From a bacterium (lineage in GTDB: Bacteria; Patescibacteriota; Microgenomatia; JAMCZE01), in the NCBI GenBank assembly GCA_021836035.1, contig JAKBJL010000001.1, forward strand, positions 138,142 to 202,141: DNA of 64,000 nt, in the 5' to 3' direction. Both the position numbers and the translations under genes were made by a program. Below are positions 1 to 9,586 of this stretch, one piece after another. Within the stretch, counting starts at the first letter, position 1. Each line of letters begins with the position of its first letter. Below the pieces are notes generated by a model. The model saw only the letters and a program-made list of their open reading frames with translations, searched no databases and had not been told where the DNA came from.

Positions 1-1818
1 ACTAAATTTTACTTCCAAAAGCCGCTCCGGAATATCGGCGACAAAACGGCTGATCATCCCCTCCGACCGGGCACCAAAAAGCAGGCGCCGGCGGGCATAA
101 GTTAGGAAAAGCGTTTCTTTCGCCCGGGTAATCCCGACATAACAAAGGCGCCGTTCTTCTTCCATCTCCAGGTGATCCATAAGACTCCGGCTATGGGGGA
201 ATAACCCCTCTTCCATCCCGATCATAAATACCACCGGAAATTCCAAACCCTTAGCGGCATGTAGGGTCATTAATGTTACGGCTCCCCTGCCATCCGCGCT
301 TCTTCTGCGCGAGCCTTCCCGTTCCACCAGTGCCACGTTTTCCAGGAACTCTCCCGGATCCGGGAACTCGGCAGCGACCGACCGCAATTCCTTAATATTT
401 TCCAGACGCGCTGAATCCTCTTCTTTTTCTTCATCAAACAATTCCAAATAACCCGTGATTTCTAATACCCTATCTAATAGTTCTAGCGTCGCGCTGTCGA
501 TTCCCGGTTTGGGGTGGTCAGCTGCAAATTTCTGCCATTTTTCCGTCCTTCCTTTTCCTAATTTTGCAATCCGCCGGTAAGACACGGTGTCCTTGGGATT
601 ATGCCACAATCTTAAATAAGCCAGAACGTCCTTGATTTCTTTTCGCTCATAAAAGCGCGTGCCTCCGACCAGCGAATAGGGTACCCCTTCATGCAAAAAA
701 GCCTCCTCTAAAACCCGCGACTGGGCATTGGTCCGGTAAAGGACGGCAAAATCGCTAAATTTTATGCCCCTTATTGATTTAGCGATTAACTGATTTATGG
801 TTTTTATGATGTATCTTGCCTCGTCCTGCTCGTTTTCCGCTTCGTAGAGGATAATTTTCCCGCCCCGGTCCTTTTCCGTCCACAATTTTAAGATCGGGTG
901 GTTGCGGTTTTTGGAAATCACGCCGTATGCCGCATCCAGAATTTGCTGGGTAGAACGGTAATTCCGCTCCAGATGAAAAACCCGCGCATCGGGAAATTCC
1001 GTCCGGAAATAAGACAAATTCCGATAGTCCGCTCCCCGCCAGGAATAAATCGATTGCGAAAAATCGCCGACCACACAAATCTGGCGGTATCTTTTGGCTA
1101 GGAGCCGGGTAAGTTCAAACTGCGCATGGTTGGTATCCTGATACTCATCGATTAAAAGATAGCGGAATTTCTCCTGATAGTAAGCCAGCGCGGCCGGTGA
1201 TTTTTGAAACAGGCTGACGGCTTCCATGATCAAATCATCAAAGTCTAAAGCCTGGTTCTCCCGCAACTCTTTCTGATAAGAAAGGTAGATCTGGCTTACG
1301 GTTTCCTGGAAAAATCCCCGGGCATACTGCGGATATGCCAGCGCCGAAATCAGTTGGTTTTTAGCCTGGCTGATAGTAGCCAATACCGCTCCGGGGTTAA
1401 AATTTTTCGGGGAAATATTCATCCGGATCATGATCTGCTTCACTAAATCGGTGCTGTCCCCCTCGTCATAAATAATAAAATCCGGGCTAAGTCCGATTTC
1501 CCTTCCGTCCTGGCGCAAAATTTTAGCGCACAAACTGTGAAATGTTCCCGCCCATGGTTGGCCATTGGCTGTTTGGGTAGGGCTATTAGCCAGTAGCTTT
1601 AATACTCTTTCTTTCATCTCGCTGGCCGCCTTATTGGTAAAAGTAACTAAAAGAATGTTTTCCGGGCGGATTTGCTTGCGGCTGACCAGGTACGCTACCC
1701 GATAGGTTAAAACTTTAGTTTTACCGCTGCCGGCACCAGCTAAAACCAAAGAGGGCCCCTCGGTAAACTTGACCGCTTCAGCTTGTTGCGCGTTAAGATC
1801 ATCTAAAAAATCAGCCAT
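1..1818 (-). CDS. pcrA: ATP-dependent DNA helicase PcrA/UvrD (runs off window edge)
   Basis: Not in ORF track. Manual translation from ATG at 1818: MADFLDDLNAQQAEAV...LVLAGAGSGKT (Walker A), TFTNKAA, GTFHS, LIDEYQDTN, VGDFSQSIY, YRTNAQSR, TLHAAKGLEF, EERRLCYVGITRA; frame still open at base 1. Confidence 0.97.
   Translation of the reverse strand, partial: MADFLDDLNAQQAEAVKFTEGPSLVLAGAGSGKTKVLTYRVAYLVSRKQIRPENILLVTFTNKAASEMKERVLKLLANSPTQTANGQPWAGTFHSLCAKILRQDGREIGLSPDFIIYDEGDSTDLVKQIMIRMNISPKNFNPGAVLATISQAKNQLISALAYPQYARGFFQETVSQIYLSYQKELRENQALDFDDLIMEAVSLFQKSPAALAYYQEKFRYLLIDEYQDTNHAQFELTRLLAKRYRQICVVGDFSQSIYSWRGADYRNLSYFRTEFPDARVFHLERNYRSTQQILDAAYGVISKNRNHPILKLWTEKDRGGKIILYEAENEQDEARYIIKTINQLIAKSIRGIKFSDFAVLYRTNAQSRVLEEAFLHEGVPYSLVGGTRFYERKEIKDVLAYLRLWHNPKDTVSYRRIAKLGKGRTEKWQKFAADHPKPGIDSATLELLDRVLEITGYLELFDEEKEEDSARLENIKELRSVAAEFPDPGEFLENVALVEREGSRRRSADGRGAVTLMTLHAAKGLEFPVVFMIGMEEGLFPHSRSLMDHLEMEEERRLCYVGITRAKETLFLTYARRRLLFGARSEGMISRFVADIPERLLEVKFS
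1553..1597. repeat. Degenerate 7-bp tandem repeat (GCYAATR family) inside pcrA
   Basis: gccattg-gctgttt-gggtagg-gctatta-gccagta; encodes LLANSPTQTANGQ between EMKERV and GTFHS. Confidence 0.5.
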
Positions 1819-1871
1819 AGAAAAAAAGCCTGGGTTATGGCCTTCGGTGGTGTTAAAATAATACCACAAAA

Positions 1872-2636
1872 ATGTTCTTTTCCGGCCAGCCAGCCAGGAC
1901 AGAAAGCGCTCTCCAAAACCTCCGTTCCCGTCTGACAAGCGACCGGGAGCGGGATTACTTTTTAACCCACCAAAACCGCTACCGTTTTATCTTAAAAAAA
2001 ATTGCTGCTCTGGGTCTGCCTCCCGGGGCAACCGTTTTGGATATCGTCTGTTTCCCCTTGCATCTTTTTAAGATGCTGGAAGGCTGGGGCTATCGCGTCT
2101 CGGGCGTCTCCTCCGACCACGAGAAAATAAAAACGGCTAAAATTCACAGCCTGAATATTGAAATCGGGCCCTTGCCTTATCCGGATAACCATTTCGATCT
2201 AATCATTTTTGCGGAAGTGATGGAACATCTCCTTTATAATCCCGGAAATTATCTGCAGGAGATCTATCGGGTACTTAAGCCGGGCGGAACGCTATTTATC
2301 ACCACCCCGAATAGTATCAACATCAAAAACCGCCTGCTGCTCTTGGGCGGCCGCTCCTGCTACCCGCCGCTTTTTCAGCTGTTAGAATCCGAACCGGATA
2401 ATGGTTATATTTATCACCGCCGCAATCGCGAATATACCCTGTCCGAGCTGGAACAACTCCTGAAGCCGCACTTATTTAAAATTAAATCCGGGGGACATTT
2501 TAACGCCTACAGTCCCCTGCGGGAGAAATTGCATCCGAACCCCCGGGCGGTTAGAATAATAAAAGGGGTGGTTTTCCTCCCCACGGTTTTTTTCAGCTCA
2601 TTAAGAGATACCAATTTTATTCTGGCCGCCAAATGA
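1872..2636 (+). CDS. Class I SAM-dependent methyltransferase
   Basis: VLDIVC motif I (Gly replaced by Val), LPYPDNHFDLIIFAEVMEHL, RVLKPGGTLFITTPN. Confidence 0.85.
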   Translation: MFFSGQPARTESALQNLRSRLTSDRERDYFLTHQNRYRFILKKIAALGLPPGATVLDIVCFPLHLFKMLEGWGYRVSGVSSDHEKIKTAKIHSLNIEIGPLPYPDNHFDLIIFAEVMEHLLYNPGNYLQEIYRVLKPGGTLFITTPNSINIKNRLLLLGGRSCYPPLFQLLESEPDNGYIYHRRNREYTLSELEQLLKPHLFKIKSGGHFNAYSPLREKLHPNPRAVRIIKGVVFLPTVFFSSLRDTNFILAAK

Positions 2637-3319
2637 ATCCAAAATTGTTACTGGTAGCAAACTGGAAAGCTAATTTCCCCGCAGCCTGGTTCCGGGAATT
2701 TTCCCTTCTACCTGCCCAATTTTTAAGCTACCTGGATGTGGCTATCGCCCCGCCGTATCCCCATATTTCCGACGTTCCCCAAAATTTTATCCGCTGTGCC
2801 CAAGATCTATCGGCTTTTTCGCCCGGAGCCTACACCGGAGAGGTTCCGGCGAAACTATTGGCGGACTTAGGGGTTAAATATTGTCTGGTCGGCCATTCCG
2901 AGCGCCGAAAATACCTTGGCGAAACTACGGAAGCGATAGGGAAAAAGGCTCTACAAGCCCTAGAAAATCGGATTACCCCTATTGTTTGCGCCCGAAATTT
3001 TGAGGAAATCCCCCGGCTCGCTTCGCTGCCTCAGGACGGCCCGATGGTCATGTTTGAGCCCGAAGAAGCCATCAGCTCTCACGGCGAATATCACCCCGCA
3101 ACCCCGGAAGAAGTACGGCGGACCCTGGCGGAATGGCAACGGCAGCTTGGTCCGGGCATGCGTTTTCTTTACGGTGGGAGTATAAATCCCGATAACGTTT
3201 CCCGTTATCTGTCTTCCGATTTTCGTCCGCTGCTTTCCGGCTTCGTTATCGGCCATGCTTCCCTGGAAATGCAAACCTTTTTCGCGATTCTTAAACAATG
3301 TCTTCCTACCGTCTCTTAA
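2633..3319 (+). CDS. tpiA: Triosephosphate isomerase (divergent loops)
   Basis: ANWK, AQD, GAYTGEV, LVGHSERR, FEP, LYGGSI motifs. Confidence 0.93.
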   Translation: MNPKLLLVANWKANFPAAWFREFSLLPAQFLSYLDVAIAPPYPHISDVPQNFIRCAQDLSAFSPGAYTGEVPAKLLADLGVKYCLVGHSERRKYLGETTEAIGKKALQALENRITPIVCARNFEEIPRLASLPQDGPMVMFEPEEAISSHGEYHPATPEEVRRTLAEWQRQLGPGMRFLYGGSINPDNVSRYLSSDFRPLLSGFVIGHASLEMQTFFAILKQCLPTVS

Positions 3320-4425
3320 TCACCAAAACCCGACGGCGGATCGCCAAGCACGACCGCCTCTTAAAAGCCGCTTTGTCGGCCGGTTGCTTCTTTATTCTGT
3401 TTTTCCTGGCAACCACCTTTTTCCTGCCGGCGGCCAAACTATTAAAGGAAACCGTTTTCGGAACGGTTAATCCGCTGGCGGTTGTTTTAGGCACCGGCCC
3501 GGCCTTAAAAAGCGATGAGGGAAGGACCAATATTTTACTGCTGGGTATCGGCGGAGGATCTCATGAGGGCCCGGATTTAACGGATACAATGATTATCGTT
3601 TCCCTTCCCAATAGCTCTCGGCCGCCTGTCTCTTCCGCTGCCGGAACAATTTATCTGGTCACCATCCCCCGGGACATCTACCTCGCAGACCTCAACGATA
3701 AAATTAACTTTGCTTATTCCTTCGGTCAGGAAAAAAGAAGCGGGGGCGGCTTGACCCTCTCGGAAGCCGCCGTGCGACAGGTAACCGGTTTACCGATTCA
3801 CTACGGCATCCGCGTTGACTTTACCGCTTTTGAAAAAATCATTGACCTGGTGGGCGGAGTGGACATCGAAGTGGAACGGGCTTTTGACGATTTTCAATAC
3901 CCGCTTGCCGGTAGCGAAACCGACAACTGCGGTTTTACACCGTCAGAGCTGGCTGCCCGGGAAGCCACTATGTCTCTGGAAATTGCCTACCCCTGCCGCT
4001 ATGAGCATCTGCATTTTGCCGCCGGTCTGACGCATATGAACGGCGCGACGGCTTTAAAATTCGTCCGCAGCCGGCATGCGGAGGGAGAAGAAGGTTCCGA
4101 TTTCGCCCGCTCCCGCCGCCAGCAAAAACTTATACTGGCATTCAGAAATAAATTGCTTTCCCTGCCTAATTTGCTTTCACCGCAAAAAATGCTGGAGATT
4201 TATAAAACACTCAAAAGTCATGTGGATACCGATGTCGGCAGCGGGGAAATGAATACTTTTTTACGTTTGTGGCTAAAACTTAAAGACAGCCCGGTAAAAA
4301 ACATTAATATCGATGAGAATCTTCTGGTAAACCCGCCGATTGACCAGCGGGGCTGGATTTTACTGCCGCGGGATGCCGACTTCACCGAAGTTCACGACTT
4401 TCTCCGGAAACAAATCTTTCCTTAA
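3298..4425 (+). CDS. LCP (LytR-CpsA-Psr) family glycopolymer transferase
   Basis: N-terminal TM, TNILLLG, LTDTM, IPRD, KINFAY, ALKFVRSRH, SDFARSRRQQ. Confidence 0.92.
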   Translation: MSSYRLLITKTRRRIAKHDRLLKAALSAGCFFILFFLATTFFLPAAKLLKETVFGTVNPLAVVLGTGPALKSDEGRTNILLLGIGGGSHEGPDLTDTMIIVSLPNSSRPPVSSAAGTIYLVTIPRDIYLADLNDKINFAYSFGQEKRSGGGLTLSEAAVRQVTGLPIHYGIRVDFTAFEKIIDLVGGVDIEVERAFDDFQYPLAGSETDNCGFTPSELAAREATMSLEIAYPCRYEHLHFAAGLTHMNGATALKFVRSRHAEGEEGSDFARSRRQQKLILAFRNKLLSLPNLLSPQKMLEIYKTLKSHVDTDVGSGEMNTFLRLWLKLKDSPVKNINIDENLLVNPPIDQRGWILLPRDADFTEVHDFLRKQIFP

Positions 4426-4880
4426 AAAGCCAAAAGCCCCAGAAGGATTAAAATACCGCCGATACCGACAAAAAGGACCGTCGGCATTTCTATACCCGTC
4501 CGCGGCAGTGCCGGGGTCGGCACGGGAGTTGCCGCCGGCGGTAGCGCGGGCGTGGGAGTCGGTGCCGGTATCTCCGAAGGCGTTGGCGTGGGAGTCGGCG
4601 CGGGGGTGGCCGTGGGAGTCACGGTCGGCGTCACGCCTGGAGTTACCGAGGGGGTTATGGTGGGAGTCGGTGTTACGGAAACCGCCACCGTAAAAGTTAA
4701 GGAACAGGCAGGATTAGGTTCCGCGGCGCGGGGCTTTATCTGCGGAACGGTGGGGGCTACCGGTTTAGACGGTGCCTGTGAAAGCCTTAGGGCCGTAATA
4801 ATTGCCACGGTCGCTAAAACCGCCGCTAAAACCGTGGCTATTATTCCAATCAGTAATTTTTTATTTTGCCAAATAGGCAT
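4422..4880 (-). CDS. Small Pro/Thr-rich surface protein with N-terminal TM and C-terminal LPxTG-like motif
   Basis: TM near N-terminus, PT-rich stalk, LPRTG followed by terminal hydrophobic helix. Confidence 0.75.
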   Translation of the reverse strand: MPIWQNKKLLIGIIATVLAAVLATVAIITALRLSQAPSKPVAPTVPQIKPRAAEPNPACSLTFTVAVSVTPTPTITPSVTPGVTPTVTPTATPAPTPTPTPSEIPAPTPTPALPPAATPVPTPALPRTGIEMPTVLFVGIGGILILLGLLAF

Positions 4881-4881
4881 A

Positions 4882-7809
4882 TTATTCTAACCAGACGTTA
4901 GCGCTCTTCCAGTGCACCCGGATTTTGACACCATAATTCCCCGGTGCGCTAACAGTGTAGGCCTGGCTGGCTTGATAGAAAACATTGCCGCCGGTGTCTT
5001 TTCCCGGTGCCCGGACGGTATTAACTATCTCGTTGGATACCTCCGTTCCGTCTTTAGTAATAATAAAGTTGATCTGGTCAATGCTGTCGGTACCGGAACT
5101 GACCCAGCCGAAACCGGTAAACGTTACCAGATCCCCTACCCGTACGGTACTTAAATCTTTGTCCGCCTGAACCAGCTGGCAGGCGGCAGTAACTGTCGGT
5201 GGCGGACTGGTAGAGATTGTCGGGGTAACCGGCGGAGTAGGGGAAAGAGTGGGCGCGGCGGAAACGGGAGGTACTACCTGAGCCGTCAGTTTACAAGAGG
5301 ATGCGTGGCCGCAAAGGAACCGCGGCGGGGCATCAACACAATCCGCCCGGCATTCACTGATCGCGTCGTTCCAGACCCGGCCGTAAACAACCGTGGTCCC
5401 CGCCTGGGTTGGAGTCCAGGTAAAGGTATAGGTTCCGGGCCCGCCGTGCTGCTGGGCATAAGGAATAACATTGTTGGAACAGGAATTGATGTAGCCGCTT
5501 ATCGCGACATCGGTAACCGTCCCGGCGGCCTGCAGGGAAAAAGTATAAGGGGTTCCGATCACCAAATTATTCAAGTCGGCGGTAGTGGTAAGGCTTGTGC
5601 AGTCCGGCGGCGGCGGTTGGGTAGAAACCGACGGTACAACACAGTCGCAGTTGTAATAAATGCCGCCGGCCATAATACTTCCGCCCGGTGGATAGGGAGC
5701 ATTCAGACAATCGAGCTGTACCACGGCACAGGTGGGATAGGTCGAAGTAATGACGCAGGATCCGGTACTACTAGTACAGGTGCCTACCTGACTACAGGAA
5801 ATATCCGGATTTTGGCAAGTACTGAGCTCCCCTACCAAATTGGGTCCGCAATTGCTGTCGCGGCACTTTAAACATTGATTCCAGCCGGCTTCGTCATGGC
5901 TAAACTGTTTAACCACTAAAGCTCCGTAATAGGTTTCCGAACCGCTACCGTTTGGTTGCCCTCCGCCGAAACAGAGGGTAGAGGCAGTATTGGAATCGGC
6001 GCGACTTCTGGTCTCCTGCTTCCGCTGGGTTAAGAAAATACCGCCGGCCAGCCCGCTCAATAAAACCAAAGCCGCTAAGGCAATTAACACCGTATTTTTC
6101 CCGTAGGGTGAGCTTTTGATCGGCGGAAGAACCACGGAAGGCATCTCGCTGCTTCCTGCCGGGCTAACGGTAGGAACTGCCTGCGCGGGAGGCGTTACCG
6201 GCTCCGGGGGCGGCGGAAGCGCGTTGGCAGTCAACGGTTTAACTTCCGCTACCGGTGGATTTGTTTCCGGTAAATCAGCTATCGAAGGTTTTTCGGGCGT
6301 TTCCGTTTTGGTAGGCCGCAGGAGTCGGTATAAACTGATGAGCACGACGCCCAGGGCAACCACAAGAACCACCACGCCCAACTTCGGAACGAAAGCCAGC
6401 ATGGCGATCACTCCAATAGTATACAGTCGGTTTCCGGCGATTGCACGCCGGGAGATTAACATTCCTGCTCCGGTAAGAAAAAAACCCAATACCGCCAAAA
6501 GTATCGTTTGCGCGGTAGCTCCGGATGTCGGGGCCCGAGGCGATGAGACCGGAACGGCTACCGGTGTAGGGCTCGGAGTCGGAATAGGAGTCGGCGAAAG
6601 ACGCGGCGTAGGAGAGGGACGGGGGGTCGGTGTGGGTGAAATCGCCGCCAGGCTGATCTGCCGTGGGGTCGGAAGGGGCGCAGCGCTGGGAGTGGCTGTC
6701 GTTGCCGGCAAAAGCGGTTCCTGGCCGGCGTTACCGGCGGCCTGAACCGCAAAAGTTCGGGTAATGGTCTGTTTTATACCGGAAGCATCGAGAAAGCTAA
6801 CCGTAATCGTATGTATACCGGGCGTCAGAACGCTGGACAAAACATAAGACCAGTTGCCGTCGGGTGCGGATTTGACCGAAGCGGAGATAACTCCCGCGGA
6901 ATGGATTTCAATCTGTAAAACCTTATTAGGCGGGGCCTTGCCGCGGAAAGTCGGCAGGGGATCGTTGATTACACCCTGATCCGCAGGACTGGAAATGGTC
7001 AGACCGGCTGAGGGGCTGGCCCCGCCCCTGGCGGGGCTTGCAACCTCCGGTGTCGGGCCAGGAGAAGCTATCGGCGCTGCTGTACACTGACCGCTCTTCC
7101 CCAGGGTGATATCCGGAAAGGGCTTGTCCAGACCGACAGTACAGTTAAGGGTAGCGGTTCCGTCTGGGCCTGCCTCGACCGTTAAAACTTCCGGGGTCTG
7201 TGGTCCGATCTCCGCAAAACCGCTCAGGTCTGCCGTCCGACCGGCGTTGACCATCATGAGAAAATTACCGTTGCTTTTTACCCGGGCAGAAAGCGGAGCC
7301 ATTCCGGGAATATCCAGATAAACAATCGCTCCCGAAGCGGGCGACCCGTCGCTTTTATAAACCGTGCCGTAAGCCGGATTGCCGACAGAGTCTGCTGCGG
7401 CAGGTACCCTAGCAGTACTAGCCTCATAGGGTTTATTGGTCAGCGGTTCTTTGCTGAAGTTTTCCGTGCCACTGATAACGGCAAAGGCATATTTGCTAGC
7501 CGGTTTTAAACCCGTAACCACAAAATAGTGGGTGACGTATCCCTGGGTTTTGAATAACCCGGAATCGCGTTCGTCGTTAACTTTCCGGCCATCGGTCAGA
7601 GAAATCACTCCGGTGGTCGCAGCATCCGTAAGGTAAGAAACGGTAAAGGTGTTATCGCTGATGTTGGTAATCCGGACGCTTTTAGGAACAGATCCCGGTG
7701 CCGCCCGGGAGGACAATTGACGGACTTGGCTAATAGCATAAACCGCGACGCCCAAAGCGAAGAGCAAAACAAGAAGGGCCAGGATCGTGGGTATGCGTAT
7801 CGGTTGCAT
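4882..7809 (-). CDS. Large multi-pass surface protein with Fn3-like, Ig-like, PT-rich and Cys-rich regions
   Basis: 975-aa ORF; VRITNISDNTFTVSY...HYFVVTGLKPASKY (Fn3-like); PTFRGKA...GNWSY...GIHTITV (bacterial Ig-like); several TM helices. Confidence 0.8.
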   Translation of the reverse strand: MQPIRIPTILALLVLLFALGVAVYAISQVRQLSSRAAPGSVPKSVRITNISDNTFTVSYLTDAATTGVISLTDGRKVNDERDSGLFKTQGYVTHYFVVTGLKPASKYAFAVISGTENFSKEPLTNKPYEASTARVPAAADSVGNPAYGTVYKSDGSPASGAIVYLDIPGMAPLSARVKSNGNFLMMVNAGRTADLSGFAEIGPQTPEVLTVEAGPDGTATLNCTVGLDKPFPDITLGKSGQCTAAPIASPGPTPEVASPARGGASPSAGLTISSPADQGVINDPLPTFRGKAPPNKVLQIEIHSAGVISASVKSAPDGNWSYVLSSVLTPGIHTITVSFLDASGIKQTITRTFAVQAAGNAGQEPLLPATTATPSAAPLPTPRQISLAAISPTPTPRPSPTPRLSPTPIPTPSPTPVAVPVSSPRAPTSGATAQTILLAVLGFFLTGAGMLISRRAIAGNRLYTIGVIAMLAFVPKLGVVVLVVALGVVLISLYRLLRPTKTETPEKPSIADLPETNPPVAEVKPLTANALPPPPEPVTPPAQAVPTVSPAGSSEMPSVVLPPIKSSPYGKNTVLIALAALVLLSGLAGGIFLTQRKQETRSRADSNTASTLCFGGGQPNGSGSETYYGALVVKQFSHDEAGWNQCLKCRDSNCGPNLVGELSTCQNPDISCSQVGTCTSSTGSCVITSTYPTCAVVQLDCLNAPYPPGGSIMAGGIYYNCDCVVPSVSTQPPPPDCTSLTTTADLNNLVIGTPYTFSLQAAGTVTDVAISGYINSCSNNVIPYAQQHGGPGTYTFTWTPTQAGTTVVYGRVWNDAISECRADCVDAPPRFLCGHASSCKLTAQVVPPVSAAPTLSPTPPVTPTISTSPPPTVTAACQLVQADKDLSTVRVGDLVTFTGFGWVSSGTDSIDQINFIITKDGTEVSNEIVNTVRAPGKDTGGNVFYQASQAYTVSAPGNYGVKIRVHWKSANVWLE

Positions 7810-7811
7810 GA

Positions 7812-8096
7812 TTATCTCCTGATACCGCTGGCGGTGGCAGTTGCGCTTTCGCTTGCCGTTCTGGCTGGAAACTCTGCAACAGTAATCAGCGACTGGAAAA
7901 TATTTACCGGTTCATGCCGCTCTTTTAGTTTTTGAATCACAGCTTTATCAATCTTCGGAGTCAGCGGCAAAGCGATCTCCTCTAAAACCGGAGTGATAGT
8001 GTTGGTCGTATAGGCATGGTAAGCGTCAAAGAACACCCAAGCAATAGCGGCCAAAAGCGTTAAGACAGAAATAAAAAGAAAGTTTTTGCTTCTCAT
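7812..8096 (-). CDS. Small membrane-anchored protein downstream of pilO
   Basis: N-terminal TM; 4-bp overlap with the pilO stop. Confidence 0.7.
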   Translation of the reverse strand: MRSKNFLFISVLTLLAAIAWVFFDAYHAYTTNTITPVLEEIALPLTPKIDKAVIQKLKERHEPVNIFQSLITVAEFPARTASESATATASGIRR

Positions 8097-8725
8097 GGAT
8101 AATATAATCCTTTCACCGTGAGCTTCACCGGCAATTCATTGGCGGGCCGCTTGTTAATGGTGCCCGATTGGGTGTGCTGCCCGATGGTTATTTTGGAAAT
8201 AACAAATATCCGCGGCAGGTTAACCAGCTGTTTTAAGAAATAACTGACCACATCGTAGGTACCCGATAGCTGTAGATCGATAGGAATGGCGGTTACCGCC
8301 GATTGGTTGGCGGAAGAATAATAATTTACCTTGGACACGCTAACCGACTCCAAACGCACCCCACTGGAGCTGGCAGTATTTTCCAATAAAATGATCGCGG
8401 CGCCGAGATCTGGGCTGGCCGGCATCGCTTCGTCCACTAAACCCAGATCCGGTTCAATCTCCTGATACTCCGTTTGGAGAAGGGCCAAAGCGTTAATTTT
8501 GGTGTCCAATTTCTGGGCAAATGCCTTTTTGTCAGTAATCTGTTTTTGTAAACCGACAATCGTCGCAATTGTCGGTCTGATAGCAAAAACCAGAAAGATT
8601 GTCACGGTTACAACAGAAGCGATCAGGGAAAAATAAGCCCGTACCGCGGGGTCTTTTAATAAGGGGCCCGCCGCGCTGTAATAGCGCTTATAACGCCGGT
8701 ATTCGGATCGATAGTCTAAGGCCAT
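8093..8725 (-). CDS. pilO: Type IV pilus assembly protein PilO-like
   Basis: TM, coiled coil, AMPASPD, LSGTY...FLKQLVNLPRIF; follows pilN-like gene. Confidence 0.8.
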   Translation of the reverse strand: MALDYRSEYRRYKRYYSAAGPLLKDPAVRAYFSLIASVVTVTIFLVFAIRPTIATIVGLQKQITDKKAFAQKLDTKINALALLQTEYQEIEPDLGLVDEAMPASPDLGAAIILLENTASSSGVRLESVSVSKVNYYSSANQSAVTAIPIDLQLSGTYDVVSYFLKQLVNLPRIFVISKITIGQHTQSGTINKRPANELPVKLTVKGLYYP

Positions 8726-9258
8726 AAAGTAGCGGCGACGGAAAAATTCAGAGTTTTCCCGTCTTCTGCCTGCTCTAATTTATTGACGGCAATATTTTTA
8801 ATCTGGGGATTCTTCTCCAACTCGGTAATAATTGTTTGAATTCCTCCTTCGGATTTAACCGTACCGGTCAGCGTCAGCCGGTTCACATCCAAATTGACGG
8901 AGTCGATCACGGATTCCTCCGGCAGGGCCGTGGTTAAGATCGGCAGATATTTTTCCGGCATTAAAATACTGGCGGTCAGCTTATCAATATTTTGCAATTT
9001 GTCCTGCAATTTACGAACTTTATTTTCAAACGGAGCGGAGGCGGAGATGATGCTTTTCTTGCGGGCAATATCTTCGGAAAGGTCGGTAAGATCCCGATCC
9101 AGTTTAAAGCGGGATAAAAAGGCCAAAAGCACAATCAGTTCGGTAATAACCACAATATAGCGCCCGGCGGTTAAAGCCCAGGCAAGAAATTTTCCCAACG
9201 GCGCCTTTTCAATTTCCGCCTGGGGCAACAGGTTAATTTCCGGCGTCGCCGTCTCCAT
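8716..9258 (-). CDS. pilN: Type IV pilus assembly protein PilN-like
   Basis: EINLLP motif, TM, coiled coil, LP...LTLTG ferredoxin-like core. Confidence 0.82.
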   Translation of the reverse strand: METATPEINLLPQAEIEKAPLGKFLAWALTAGRYIVVITELIVLLAFLSRFKLDRDLTDLSEDIARKKSIISASAPFENKVRKLQDKLQNIDKLTASILMPEKYLPILTTALPEESVIDSVNLDVNRLTLTGTVKSEGGIQTIITELEKNPQIKNIAVNKLEQAEDGKTLNFSVAATLWP

Positions 9259-9319
9259 ATTTCCAGAATATACTAAACTTTCGCGGGCTACAAGTCCGGT
9301 TTTTTAAAACTACCCGGGG

Positions 9320-9553
9320 CTATCTTACCAGGCGGGAAAGACGGGAGGTCAGGCGTGAAGCTTTATTTTTGTGAATAATATTCTGTTTGACCGCTTTGCC
9401 CAAAGTCGAAGCGACCCGGGCCAAACCCTTTGCCGAAGGCTTGCGGTGGAAAGCGGCCATAATTGACCGCAGGTTAGTCTTAACCTGGCGGTTTTGCTGG
9501 TACCTTTTCTGCGCCTGGCGCAATTGTTTTGTTGCTGACTTGATAACGGGCAT
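9320..9553 (-). CDS. rpsT: 30S ribosomal protein S20
   Basis: MPVIKSATKQLRQ...IIHKNKASRLTSRL; start moved to the second ATG (9553). Confidence 0.95.
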   Translation of the reverse strand: MPVIKSATKQLRQAQKRYQQNRQVKTNLRSIMAAFHRKPSAKGLARVASTLGKAVKQNIIHKNKASRLTSRLSRLVR

Positions 9554-9586
9554 AGTGTTACAATGAGCCAAACAATTGTACCGCCA

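Noticed and set aside
2035-2060. Gly-to-Val change in methyltransferase motif I as evidence of a new activity
   Set aside because: A single substitution cannot be told apart from early decay or a sequencing error here.
4500-6720. GGAGTC/GGCGT-like repeats and antisense Gly/Val-rich ORFs (4552-4890, 6116-6745)
   Set aside because: Explained by Pro/Thr codon runs of the minus-strand surface proteins.
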